A stretch of DNA of 64,000 bases from Macrostomum lignano (GCA_002269645.1 NIVC01001130.1:186001-250000), one strand, 5' to 3'; positions 1 to 12,630 are shown, counted from the first letter of the stretch. Notes: a model not told the origin generated them from the letters alone. Numbers and translations: made by a program.

Positions 1-445
1 AATAAGTGCCGATCGATATTAATCGATACTGGAATAAGTGCTGATCGATATTAATCGATACTGGAATAAGTGCAAATCGATATTAATCGATACTGGAATA
101 AGTGCTGATCGATATCAGTCGATACTGGAATAAGTGCCGATTGATATTAATCGATACTGGAATAAGTGCCGATCGATATCAGTCGATACTGCAATAAGTG
201 AAAATCGATATTAATCGATACTGGAATAAGTGCCGATCGATATTAATCGATACTGGAATAAGTGCAAATCGATATTAATCGATACTGGAATAAGTGCAAA
301 TCGATATTAATCGATACTGGAATAAGTGCCGATCGATATTAATCGATACTGGAATAAGTGCTGATCGATATCAGTCGATACTGGAATAAGTGCCGATCGA
401 TATCAATCGATACTGGAATAAGTGCAAATCGATACTGGAATAAGC
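1..445. repeat. 32-bp minisatellite (AATAAGTGCCGATCGATATTAATCGATACTGG), ~14 copies, runs off window start; intronic to folate-receptor gene
   Basis: Direct 32-nt periodicity; each unit holds the imperfect palindrome ATCGAT-ATTA-ATCGAT. Confidence 0.95.
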
Positions 446-515
446 ACGCATTAGTATAAATAGCCCTAACTAAGCTAACTAATATCACTCGCTTGCAATC
501 AACCTTGACTCAAAG

Positions 516-1050
516 GTTCGAGCGCAGCCGCTGCCTGTACGAATGCTCGCCGAATCTCGGGCCCTGGCTGGTGAAAGTGTCCGGCTACAGCTGGCGCACA
601 GAGCGAGCCTACGGAGTGCCGCTGTGCCATTCCCAGTGCCAGGCCTGGTACGCCGCCTGCGCCGCCGATCTGAGCTGCGTGCCCAACTGGAGCAGCGGCT
701 TCCGCTGGATCCGCCAGGCCAACGGCAGCGGCTACGTGAACGTGTGCCCCGACGGCGGCCTGGCACAGTGCCGCAGTATTGCCCAGCTGCACAATCATAA
801 GGCGGAACAATTCTGCGAAACTGTCTGGGACGGCGAATTCAAAGTGGTGCCAGACGGGTCGCCCTGCTTCCAGCTGGACTGGTCCACGGCCACCCGCAAG
901 GCCAATCCGAACTTGGCTGTGACGCGGGCCGCCAGCCGGGAGAAGGTGGCCGCCTTCTATTATTCCCATGCGAGCGTTTTGAAGACGGCCAGCTCTGTGC
1001 TGTTTGGCTGCGCTCTGCTTGTGCTGCGTCTCTGTTTTGTTGCTTTCTAG
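516..1050 (+). CDS. FOLR: Terminal exon of folate receptor family protein (FOLR/Juno/riboflavin-binding protein fold), GPI-anchored; 5' exons outside window
   Basis: CLYECSPNLGPW, SWRTERAYGVPLC, TCxxNW-like SCVPNW, CETVW..FKV, C and NPN motifs align with vertebrate FOLR (CLYECSPNLGPWI..SWRKER.LNVPLC..CNEIW..YKV..NPN); hydrophobic C-terminal tail; acceptor TCAAAG at 514-515; stop TAG 1048-1050. Confidence 0.9.
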
Positions 1051-1064
1051 TTTTGAAAATTGCT

Positions 1065-1590
1065 GTGATCCCCAATATCAAAGGAATCCCAATCATTAAG
1101 ATCCCAAACATCAAAGAAATATTAAACTTAAACATTAAAATTCCCAATATCAAAGGAATCTCAATCATTAAAATCCACAATATCAAAGAAATCCCAATCA
1201 TTTATATCCCCAATATCAAAGAAATCCCAATCATTAAGATCCCCAATATCAAGGGAATCCCAATCATTAAAATCCACAATATCAAAGGAATCCCAATCAT
1301 TAAGATCCCCAATATCAAAGGAATCCCAATCATTAAAATCCCCAATATCAAAGGAATCCCAATCATTAAAATCCACAATATCAAAGGAATCCCAATCATT
1401 AAGATCCCCAATATCAAAGGAATCCCAATCATTAAAATCCACAATATCAAAGGAATCCCAATCATTAAAATCCACAATATCAAAGGAATCCCAATCATTA
1501 AAATCCCCAATATCAAAGGAATCCCAATCATTAAAATCCACAATATCAAAGGAATCCCAATCATTAAAATCAATATCAAAGGAATCTCCT
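1065..1590. repeat. 33-bp minisatellite (ATCCCAATCATTAAAATCCACAATATCAAAGGA), ~15 copies, immediately after FOLR stop
   Basis: Direct periodicity; source of the IPIIKIPNIKG pseudo-ORFs. Confidence 0.95.
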
Positions 1591-3105
1591 ATCACATCAG
1601 CGAATCTCAATGCCGAACAATCTCGCTCCAGGCTGCGTGCTACTACAGTTTGTTGTTAGCTTCAATTGTTTACAAACTACTACTAATAAGTAGCTTATAC
1701 TAATGTCAACGATATTTTTATAGCTCTTTGGCACTTTTCTTTCCTTGATTTATAAAAGCGTTAAGGAGTAAAAATCACCTGTAGCGTTGCCTCTCTGATA
1801 AAACAGTCTGCCAACTTTTTGAATTGTTTACAGTATATTTATAAAAGTTTAGTGTTAGTCTCTACTGTTATTAAATCATATATCTACTAGTTGTTGTATG
1901 CATACGGTATATTCTGAAACAGGTGCTGGCCATATGCTATACACTGCTGTCATTCGCTTCAAAATTAGCATTAACAAAGTTAGGAATTTTCCTGGCTACC
2001 ATTTATTATTCAGCACTCAATTGGCGATTTCATATTCCGAAGTTAAAAATGTTCATCTAGCCTTCTAGCTATGATATTGTCATGCCCGTTCAGTCTTGTT
2101 TTATTATAGGAAGGGGATCGTTAGGCATGTACACTTCACTATGCCTTGGGAGTTGGCCCTTAAGTGCCCCAAATAGTTATAATGCCTGTGTTCTTGTGTT
2201 ATGTGGAACTCCTATAAGGTAAGTGGGTTTTGGACATAGACAATTGCACGTTGGGTACTACCCACCCAATGCATGGGTATCAATGATGTCGTACCATAGA
2301 CTATTCCTGGTTTCTATGACCTAAATTTGCCCGAAATTTGCTGGTAGTTTATACAGTTTTGGCCATAGACAACTCGTTGCATCAACTGCTCATAGAGTAG
2401 AACCAATAGAATCAATGGAATAATAAAATCAATTGTCCATAGAACAACTCACGTGAGCTCGTACAATCCATAGAGAAATGCAGCCACAAGTCAGTGCTTA
2501 AAAAAAACAGCAAAATTCCGAACTCATGCATTTGCATGCCCATGTTTTTCAGTAAGCTAGTCTCGATGATTACGAGCGTAATAACGAATGTATTTTTCAA
2601 AATCTAATTCCAGCTTTAAAAAGGATCGAACTTCGATTGTTTCAACAGCGCCGCCTTTGATTTGTTTTCGATATATAAAAAACATATCGTAGTTGCTAGT
2701 TTATGGTAATCAGGTTAGAGTTAAATATACATTAATTTACGGTGATAATCTACTCTTGCCAATACAGTTTCAACGTTAAAATATCAAAATCATTTTTTTG
2801 TTTTTCTATTAATTTACTACTCTAGCAGGTACTACTAATGGCTGGAAGATGGGTTGATTTTGGAGGTGGGGTGGGTGTTCGTACATTGTCGATATCGGAG
2901 CGCTCCCATTGGCTGGCGCCCCGCCCCTGCACCTGGGCCCAGCGTGTCGATATCTCACCCTCTCCGCCTGCCTCGACCCCGCCTCTACTACTTAGTAGTA
3001 CAGATGCACAAATTGAAATGATAATTTACAATGCCAATACAAAATATACCGTTAATTCACTACTATAAATTAATTCTGTTGCAAGTATTATGACGATTGT
3101 TGAAT

Positions 3106-3239
3106 TTAGCAGTCGCTGGAGAAGGTGTGCCACTGTACAATAGGCTGCTCAGGATTGTCCAGCATCTCTTGCCAGTGCTCCAGTTCGCGTCCTTTGGTGA
3201 ACAGCTCATGTCCCAGCACCACCGAGCCTAGCGATCTGT
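3106..3239 (-). CDS. SYT15: Synaptotagmin-15-like, last exon (end of C2B): DRSLGSVVLGHELFTKGRELEHWQEMLDNPEQPIVQWHTFSSDC*
   Basis: Matches SYT15 C-terminus pattern (TRGRELEHWDEML..P...RWH); acceptor CTGCAG ending 3240; phase 1 fits upstream exon; TAA 3106-3108; not in ORF track. Confidence 0.88.
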
Positions 3240-3319
3240 CTGCAGTGTGTTTAGTGGCCTGTGTTAATGCTCGGTTTGCGACACACTGGGAACTTGGGTT
3301 CCCATACTCTAATCATTAC

Positions 3320-3870
3320 TTCAATCGGTGTCTGATTCCCCACTCTAATCCTGGCTTCAACCGGTGTCTGATTCCCCACTCTAATCCTGGCTTCACCGGT
3401 GTCTGATTCCCCACTCTAATCCTGGCTTCACCGGTGTCTGATTCCCCACTCTAATCCTGGCTTCACCGGTGTCTGATTCCCCACTCTAATCCTGGCTTCA
3501 CCGGTGTCTGATTCCCCACTCTAATCCTGGCTTCACCGGTGTCTGATTCCCCACTCTAATCCTGGCTTCACCGGTGTCTGATTCCCCACTCTAATCCTGG
3601 CTTCAACCGGTGTCTGATTCCCCACTCTAATCCTTGGCTTCAACTGGTCTGATTCCCCACTCTAATCCTGGCTTCACCGGTGTCTGATTCCCCACTCTAA
3701 TCCTTGGCTTCAACCGGTGTCTGATTCCCCACTCTAATCCTGGCTTCAACCGGTGTCTGATTCCCCACTCTAATCCTGGCTTCAACCGGTGTCTGATTCC
3801 CCACTCTAATCCTGGCTTCAACCGGTGTCTGATTCCCCACTCTAATCCTGGCTTCAACCGGTGTCTGATT
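3320..3870. repeat. 35/36-bp intronic minisatellite (GTCTGATTCCCCACTCTAATCCTGGCTTCACCGGT), ~16 copies
   Basis: Direct periodicity. Confidence 0.95.
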
Positions 3871-3922
3871 CGCCACAATGGCTGTCTACATGTAATTCCC
3901 TATCAGAACAGCATCGCCTCAC

Positions 3923-4108
3923 CAAACAGCGCCCCAATGCCCGAGCAACGCTGCATAAGCAGCAGTCTGATGGTGCTCTGCTTCGGGTCCGCGAATCGAT
4001 TGAAAATAAGCGACTCATTGAACACGCCAGTGCTGACCGCTTCGGTTCGCTTGCACTTGATCTCCCGGCCCTGCATGCCGGCGTGTAGCGACACGCGGAG
4101 GTACAGCT
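3923..4108 (-). CDS. SYT15: Synaptotagmin-15-like exon (C2B core): ELYLRVSLHAGMQGREIKCKRTEAVSTGVFNESLIF...
   Basis: C2 pattern Y.RVSL..IKCKRT..VFNES..F; TTAG acceptor, G|GTGAG donor; 186 nt, phase 1-1. Confidence 0.85.
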
Positions 4109-4194
4109 CTAATTGGTGCGGACGGACGGGGAGAAGTAGATTGGCGCGAGTGAACAGTTTTCCAGGGACTGTGTATAACTGTCATGGACTCAGA

Positions 4195-4500
4195 AGTGAA
4201 AACAAACCGGGAAAGCCAGGGACTCCTAGAATTCACCTGGACTGGATTGAAGCAACCTGACTTCTGAGAACTCACCTGGACTGGATCAAAGCAACCCGGA
4301 AAAGTCAGGAACTAAAACTCACCTGGACTGAATCACAGTACCCGGGAAAACCAGGGACTCCTAGAACTTACCTGAACTGGATCGAAGCAATCCGGGAAAG
4401 CCCGGGACTCCTAGAACTCACATAGACTGGAACGAAGCAACTCGCGCAAGTCAGGGACTTCTAGAGTTCACCTGAACTAAACCAAACAACCAAGAAAGCC
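4195..4500. repeat. Degenerate ~50-bp tandem repeat (GGGAAAGCCAGGGACTCCTAGAACTCACCTGGACTGGATCGAAGCAACC), ~6 copies
   Basis: Recurrent GGGACTCCTAGAA..CACCTG.ACT motifs with ~50-nt spacing. Confidence 0.75.
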
Positions 4501-5119
4501 AGAAAAGCCAAAAACGGAGACGATGAGGCTTAGGTCGTTGTGATCTGCATAGACTCGTGCTCAAGCGGGAGGCCACGCATACTTGAAATCGGGTTGCTAT
4601 GACTTACAGTTGTATAGGGATAAGAAGCGAAATTAATTCCCAGCATGCCCTGCACCAATTCAGTACGCTTTTTACATAGATATATAGACATCATTTGCAT
4701 AGCGGTGCTGCTGCGTGGGCCACCGGGGGGACGAAATCAAATAAAATAGTAAGTTATCTATCAATTTAGCAGAGCTGTCCTACTTCTGCTTGTTAGTGCT
4801 GCTGAGCCGATGTTAATTCTGAAACTTCCCGCGCGGAGGCTGGATTGAAGATCTCTAAGGCTTTTATAATGTTTGAGAACTCAATAAGGAACTGGCTGAA
4901 GCTGGAATTGGTTTTGGATAGAGAAAAAAAAATATGTCCGAACTTTCCTGTCTGAGGTCTCATCCGTGCAGTCTCTGTGTCTGCCGCAGTAATTCTGCGC
5001 TTTCACTGCCCTAATCCTGCCCCTTGAATGCACCTCTAATTTCTGTTGATGGAAACTGGCTATCTACTCTGGAAAGTTTTATGCTGCCAGCCTCCGTTCC
5101 ACTAGACTTTTCTGCTTTA

Positions 5120-7855
5120 CTGTCTCACTCACTGTCTCTCCCTCACTGTCTCCCTCACTGTCTCTCCCTCACTGTCTCCCTCACTGTCTCCCTCACTGTC
5201 TCTCCCTCACTGTCTCTCCCTCACTGTCTCTCCCTCACTGTCTCTCCCTCACTGTCTCTCCCTCACTGTCTCTCCCTCACTGTCTTTCCCTCACTGTCTC
5301 TCCCTCACTGTCTCTCCCTCACTGTCTTTCCCTCACTGTCTCTCCCTCACTGTCTCTCCCTCACTGTCTTTCCCTCACTGTCTCTCCCTCACTGTCTCTC
5401 CCTCACTGTCTCTCTCTCACTGTCTCCCTCACTGTCTCCCTCACTGTCTCTCCCTCACTGTCTCCCTCACTGTCTCTCCCTCACTCTCTCCCTCACTGTC
5501 TCCCTCACTCTCTCCCTCACTCTCTCCCTCACTGTCTCTCCCTCACTGTCTCCCTCACTGTCTCTCCCTCACTGTCTCCCTCACTGTCTCTCTCTCACTG
5601 TCTCTCACTCACTGTCTCTCTCTCACTGTCTCCCTCACTGTCTCTCCCTCACTGTCTCTCCCTCACTCTCTCCCTCACTGTCTCTCCCTCACTCTCTCCC
5701 TCACTGTCTCCCTCACTGTCTCCCTCACTGTCTCCCTCACTGTCTCTCCCTCACTGTCTCACTCACTGTCTCTCCCTCACTGTCTCCCTCACTGTCTCCC
5801 TCACTGTCTCCCTCACTGTCTCCCTCACTGTCTCTCCCTCACTGTCTCTCCCTCACTGTCTCCCTCACTGTCTCCCTCACTGTCTCTCTCACTGTCTCCC
5901 TCACTGTCTCTCTCACTGTCTCTCCCTCACTGTCTCACTCACTGTCTCTCTCACTGTCTCACTCACTGTCTCTCCCTCACTGTCTCCCTCACTGTCTCTC
6001 CCTCACTGTCTCACTCACTGTCTCTCCCTCACTGTCTCACTCACTGTCTCCCTCACTGTCTCCCTCACTGTCTCACTCACTGTCTCTCCCTCACTGTCTC
6101 TCCCTCACTGTCTCCCTCACTGTCTCCCTCACTGTCTCTCTCACTGTCTCCCTCACTGTCTCCCTCACTGTCTCTCCCTCACTGTCTCACTCACTGTCTC
6201 CCTCACTGTTTCTCTCACTGTCTCACTCACTGTCTCCCTCACTGTCTCTCCCTCACTGTCTCACTCACTGTCTCTCCCTCACTGTCTCCCTCACTGTCTC
6301 TCTCACTGTCTCACTCACTGTCTCCCTCACTGTCTCTCCCTCACTGTCTCACTCACTGTCTCTCCCTCACTATCTCCCTCACTGTCTCCCTCACTGTCTC
6401 CCTCACTGTCTCTCCCTCACTGTCTCTCCCTCACTGTCTCTCCCTCACTGTCTCTCCCTCACTGTCTCTCCCTCACTGTCTCTCCCTCACTGTCTCTCCC
6501 TCACTGTCTCTCCCTCACTGTCTCTCCCTCACTGTCTTTCCCTCACTGTCTCTCCCTCACTGTCTCTCCCTCACTGTCTCTCCCTCACTGTCTCTCTCTC
6601 ACTGTCTTTCCCTCACTGTCTCTCCCTCACTGTCTCTCCCTCACTGTCTCTCCCTCACTGTCTCTCTCTCACTGTCTCCCTCACTGTCTCCCTCACTGTC
6701 TCTCCCTCACTGTCTCCCTCACTGTCTCTCCCTCACTCTCTCCCTCACTGTCTCCCTCACTCTCTCCCTCACTCTCTCCCTCACTGTCTCTCCCTCACTG
6801 TCTCCCTCACTGTCTCTCCCTCACTGTCTCCCTCACTGTCTCTCTCTCACTGTCTCTCACTCACTGTCTCTCTCTCACTGTCTCCCTCACTGTCTCTCCC
6901 TCACTGTCTCTCCCTCACTCTCTCCCTCACTGTCTCTCCCTCACTCTCTCCCTCACTGTCTCCCTCACTGTCTCCCTCACTGTCTCCCTCACTGTCTCTC
7001 CCTCACTGTCTCACTCACTGTCTCTCCCTCACTGTCTCACTCACTGTCTCCCTCACTGTCTCCCTCACTGTCTCACTCACTGTCTCTCCCTCACTGTCTC
7101 TCCCTCACTGTCTCCCTCACTGTCTCCCTCACTGTCTCTCTCACTGTCTCCCTCACTGTCTCTCTCACTGTCTCTCCCTCACTGTCTCACTCACTGTCTC
7201 TCCCTCACTGTCTCTCCCTCACTCTCTCCCTCACTGTCTCTCCCTCACTCTCTCCCTCACTGTCTCACTCACTGTCTCTCCCTCACTGTCTCACTCACTG
7301 TCTCCCTCACTGTCTCCCTCACTGTCTCCCTCACTGTCTCTCCCTCACTGTCTCTCCCTCACTGTCTCTCCCTCACTGTCTCCCTCACTGTCTCCCTCAC
7401 TGTCTCTCTCACTGTCTCCCTCACTGTCTCCCTCACTGTCTCTCTCACTGTCTCACTCACTGTCTCCCTCACTGTCTCTCCCTCACTGTCTCACTCACTG
7501 TCTCTCCCTCACTGTCTCCCTCACTGTCTCCCTCACTGTCTCTCTCACTGTCTCTCCCTCACTGTCTCACTCACTGTCTCTCCCTCACTGTCTCCCTCAC
7601 TGTCTCCCTCACTGTCTCTCCCTCACTGTCTCCCTCACTGTCTCCCTCACTGTCTCTCCCTCACTGTCTCTCCCTCATTGTCTCTCCCTCACTCTCTCCC
7701 TCACTGTCTCCCTCACTGTCTCCCTCACTGTCTCCCTCACTGTCTCCCTCACTGTCTCCCTCACTGTCTCCCTCACTGTCTCCCTCACTCTCTCCCTCAC
7801 TGTCTCTCCCTCACTCTCTCCCTCACTGTCTCTCCTTCACTCTCTCCCTCACTGC
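5120..7855. repeat. 2.7-kb array of mixed 12/14-bp units (TCACTGTCTCCC / TCACTGTCTCTCCC)
   Basis: Direct periodicity; source of the 962-aa SLSLPHC pseudo-ORF. Confidence 0.97.
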
Positions 7856-8334
7856 ATCCCCTTCCCTCCAGCACATCACAAGCTGTACTCTGATCAAGTC
7901 GCACCAGCTTGATAAATTTAAAAAAATGGTGACAGATTTTGTGCAGCTTAATTAACCTTCACGCATTCAGCATTCCCACAGGCTAATCAAGCCTTCGATA
8001 ACCAAATTAGCCAACCGCCGTGGCCTGGCTGATAAACTTCCAAATTAAAGAAAAATTTGCACGGTTTCCAAGAATCACAGCGTAGAAACTGGAGAATTTC
8101 AAGTGGATTAAGTGAATGTGGATTAACTTTCAAGGAATTCGGGTCAGTGATATTGTTAATTAAGATTTTTTACACGAAGTCTTGCAATTCGGTTTGTTTT
8201 TGCCAGATTCAATCAGCAGAAGTTCAACATTTCTTCCATTTTTCTTATTTTGATTAAACAAAAATTATTTTGAGGTTATGAAGGCTTTTTGCGATTATTT
8301 ATTAATCACGGAAAGTTACGGCTTTTTATCAGCA

Positions 8335-8920
8335 GGGTTTCATGAGGGTCCATGGCAAACAAGTGCCAAGCCTTAGATAGCTACGGGCTTTTACCGTCTC
8401 GCTTCCAGTCCAGCAGAGTTTCATGAGGGGTCCATGGCAAACAAGTGCCAAGCCTCAGGTAGCTACGGGCTTTCTATTGTCTCGCTTCCAGTCCAGTAGG
8501 GTTTCATGAGGGATCCATGGCAAACAAGTGCCAAGCCTTAGGTAGCTACGGGCTTTTACCGTCTCGCTTCCAGTCCAGCAGAGTTTCATGAGGGGTCCAT
8601 GGCAAACAAGTGCCAAGCCTTAGGTAGCTACGGGCTTTTACCGTCTCGCTTCCAGTCCAGCAGAGTTTCATGAGGGGTCCATGGCAAACAAGTGCCAAGC
8701 CTTAGGTAGCTACGGGCTTTCTATTGTCTCGCTTCCAGTCCAGCAGAGTTGTATGAGGGGTCCATGGCAAACAAGTGCCAAGCCTCAGGTAGCTACGGGC
8801 TTTTACCGTCTCGCTTCCAGTCCAGCAGAGTTTCATGAGGGGTCCATGGCAAACAAGTGCCAAGCCTCAGGTAGCTACGGGCTTTCTATTGTCTCGCTTC
8901 CAGTCCAGTAGGGTTTCAGA
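8335..8920. repeat. ~82-bp minisatellite, ~7 copies
   Basis: CATGGCAAACAAGTGCC recurs at 8351, 8433, 8516, 8598, 8680, 8764, 8846. Confidence 0.93.
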
Positions 8921-9043
8921 CGACCATGGGAGAAATAGAAATTCAATCTATCTAACAGGGTTCCGTGTTCTATGACCCCAGATAGCCCTCCAGTCCAGAC
9001 GATGCAATTAGGGGTCTTCGGCAAGCGCACGCCCAAGCCTCAC

Positions 9044-9161
9044 CCATGGGCTGGTCATCCTGTCGAACTGGCAGATTTCGACAGTCGTGCAGGCCGACAG
9101 TGATTCGCTGCATCAGAGCGTGATGAGTCAGCGAGACTCGAACCTCGGTCCGATCTGCTGC
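9044..9161 (-). CDS. SYT15: Synaptotagmin-15-like exon (start of C2B): AADRTEVRVSLTHHALMQRITVGLHDCRNLPVRQDDQPM
   Basis: C2 beta1-beta2 pattern; TTAG acceptor, G|GTGAG donor; 118 nt, phase 0-1; not in ORF track. Confidence 0.83.
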
Positions 9162-9529
9162 CTAATAAATTATTTCAATTTAGAATCTGCTGTATTTTTC
9201 TTATATTAGACCAATAGGGAGTGAAAGTCCCTACTCGAATTTAGCCAAGGAGTTTTCTGTAGTGCTGAGAAGCTATGAGGATTAAACTGCTTGTTTTATT
9301 ATCGATCAATATTAGTCTTACGGTTTAATGCATTTGAACACTTTTTAAGGTCTAGCGGAATTCAGCCACCCATGTTCTTTGTTTATCTAAGCCTCTTCAA
9401 TGAGCTCTTCTTTGACAACACCAGCTAAGCCTTCGTCCATTAGTATTGATACATTTTTCCGTTCTGTTTTAAGCCAGGCTTTTAGCTTGAATTTCTTAAA
9501 TCATTGCCGAAAGAAATTTTCTCTGTGCA

Positions 9530-12500
9530 TTAATTATCTATCTCTATGGATTATCAATCTCTGCCTACGGATTATCAATCTCTGTCTATGGATTATCAAT
9601 CTATCTCTATGGATTATCCATCTCTGTCTATGGATTATCAATCTCTGCCTACGGATTATCAATCTCTGTCTATGGATTATCAATCTCTGTCTATGGATTA
9701 TCCATCTCTGTCTATGGATTATCAATCTCTGTCTATGGATTATCAATCTCTGTCTATGGATTATCAATCTCTGTCTATGGATTATCAATCTCTGTCTATG
9801 GATTATCAATCTCTGCCTATGGATTATCAATGTCTGTCTATGGATTATCAATCTCTGTCTATGGATTATCAATCTCTGTCTATGGATGATCAATCTCTGT
9901 CTACGGATTATCAATCTCTGTCTATGGATTATCAATCTCTGCCTACGGATTATCAATCTCTGCCTACGGATTATCAATCTCTGTCTATGGATGATCAATC
10001 TCTGCCTACGGATTATCAATCTCTGTCTATGGATTATCAATCTCTGTCTATGGATGATCAATCTCTGTCTATGGATGATCAATCTCTGTCTATGGATGAT
10101 CAATCTCTGCCTACGGATTATCAATCTCTGTCTATGGATTATCAATCTCTGCCTACGGATTATCAATCTCTGTCTATGGATGATCAATCTCTGCCTACGG
10201 ATTATCAATATCTGTCTATGGATTATCAATCTCTGTCTATGGATGATCAATCTCTGCCTACGGATTATCAATCTCTGTCTATGGATGATCAATCTCTGCC
10301 TACGGATTATCAATCTCTGTCTATGGATTATCAATCTCTGTCTATGGATTATCAATCTCTGTCTATGGATTATCAATCTCTGTCTATGGATTATCAATCT
10401 CTGTCTATGGATTATCAATCTCTGTCTATGGATTATCAATCTCTGTCTATGGATTATCCATCTCTGCCTATGAATTATCAATCTCTGTCTATGGATTATC
10501 AATCTCTGCATACGGATTATCAATCCCTATGGATTAGCACTCTGTCGAGGGATTATCAATCTCCATGGATTATCAATCTCTGCCTACGGATTATCAATCT
10601 CTGTCTATGGATTATCAATCTATCTCTATGGATTATCCATCTCTGTCTATGGATTATCAATCTCTGCCTACGGATTATCAATCTCTGTCTATGGATTATC
10701 AATCTATCTCTATGGATTATCCATCTCTGTCTATGGATTATCAATCTCTGCCTACGGATTATCAATCTCTGTCTATGGATTATCAATCTCTGTCTATGGA
10801 TTATCCATCTCTGTCTATGGATTATCAATCTCTGTCTATGGATTATCAATCTCTGTCTATGGATTATCAATCTCTGTCTATGGATTATCAATCTCTGTCT
10901 ATGGATTATCAATCTCTGCCTATGGATTATCAATGTCTGTCTATGGATTATCAATCTCTGTCTATGGATTATCAATCTCTGTCTATGGATGATCAATCTC
11001 TGTCTACGGATTATCAATCTCTGTCTATGGATTATCAATCTCTGCCTACGGATTATCAATCTCTGCCTACGGATTATCAATCTCTGTCTATGGATGATCA
11101 ATCTCTGCCTACGGATTATCAATCTCTGTCTATGGATTATCAATCTCTGTCTATGGATGATCAATCTCTGTCTATGGATGATCAATCTCTGTCTATGGAT
11201 GATCAATCTCTGCCTACGGATTATCAATCTCTGTCTATGGATTATCAATCTCTGCCTACGGATTATCAATCTCTGTCTATGGATGATCAATCTCTGCCTA
11301 CGGATTATCAATATCTGTCTATGGATTATCAATCTCTGTCTATGGATTATCAATCTCTGCCTACGGATTATCAATCTCTGTCTATGGATGATCAATCTCT
11401 GCCTACGGATTATCAATCTCTGTCTATGGATTATCAATCTCTGTCTATGGATTATCAATCTCTGTCTATGGATTATCAATCTCTGTCTATGGATTATCAA
11501 TCTCTGTCTATGGATTATCAATCTCTGTCTATGGATTATCAATCTCTGTCTATGGATTATCCATCTCTGCCTATGAATTATCAATCTCTGTCTATGGATT
11601 ATCAATCTCTGCATACGGATTATCAATCCCTATGGATTAGCACTCTGTCGAGGGATTATCAATCTCCATGGATTATCAATCTCTGCCTACGGATTATCAA
11701 TCTCTGTCTATGGATTATCAATCTCTGTCTATGGATGATCAATCTCTGTCTATGGATTATCAATCTCTGTCTATGGATTATCAATCTCTGTCTATGGATT
11801 ATCAATCTCTGTCTATGGATTATCCATCTCTGCCTATGAATTATCAATCTCTGTCTATGGATTATCAATCTCTGCATACGGATTATCAATCCCTATGGAT
11901 TAGCACTCTGTCGAGGGATTATCAATCTCTATGGATTATCAATCTCTGCCTAAGGATTATCAATCCCTATGGATTAGCACTCTGTCGAGGGATTATCAAT
12001 CTCCATGGATTATCAATCTCTGCCTACGGATTATCAATCTCTGTCTATGGATTATCAATCTCTGCCTACGGATTATCAATCCCTATGGATTAGCACTCTG
12101 TCGAGGGATTATCAATCTCTATGGATTATCAATCTCTGCCTAAGGATTATCAATCCCTATGGATTAGCACTCTGTCGAGGGATTATCAATCTCTATGGAT
12201 TATCAATCTCTGCCTACGGATTATCAATCTCTGTCTATGGATTATCAATCTCTGCCTACGGATTATCAATCCCTATGGATTAGCACTCTGTCGAGGGATT
12301 TTCAATCTCTATGGATTATCAATCTCTGCCTAAGGATTATCAATCCCTATGGATTAGCACTCTGTCGAGGGATTATCAATCTCCATGGATTATCAATCTC
12401 TGCCTACGGATTATCAATCTCTGTCTACGGATTATCAATCTCTGTCTATGGATTATCAATCTCTGTCTATGGATGATCAATCTCTGTCTACGGATTATCA

Positions 12501-12630
12501 ATCTCTGTCTATGGATGATCAATCTCTGTCTATGGATTATCAATCTCTGTCTATGGATTATCAATCTCTGTCTATGGATTATTAATCTCTATATGGATTA
12601 TCAATCTCTGTCTATGGATTATCAATCTTT
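9530..12630. repeat. 3.1-kb 21-bp minisatellite (GGATTATCAATCTCTGTCTAT) with higher-order duplications
   Basis: Direct periodicity; source of MDYQSLS / IINLCLW / IIHRQRL pseudo-ORFs. Confidence 0.97.

Noticed and set aside
2829-3001. GC-rich 173-bp segment bounded by GTACTACTAA / TTAGTAGTAC
   Set aside because: A 10-bp low-complexity inverted repeat is too short to call a MITE without other copies
4586-4600. X-box-like GTTGCTATGACTTAC in a SYT15 intron, and a half-site near 25241
   Set aside because: Only one half-site fits the consensus and neither is in a supported ciliary promoter
5024-7912. 962-aa ORF (SLSLPHC...) and the other long repetitive ORFs (9400-12661, 16663-17766, 19654-20400, 25452-26115, 26931-28097, 29206-30474, 30808-31477, 32566-33522, 40562-41240, 41614-42545, 43623-44689)
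   Set aside because: They coincide exactly with tandem arrays whose units lack stops, are open in several frames and strands at once, and many lie inside introns of supported genes
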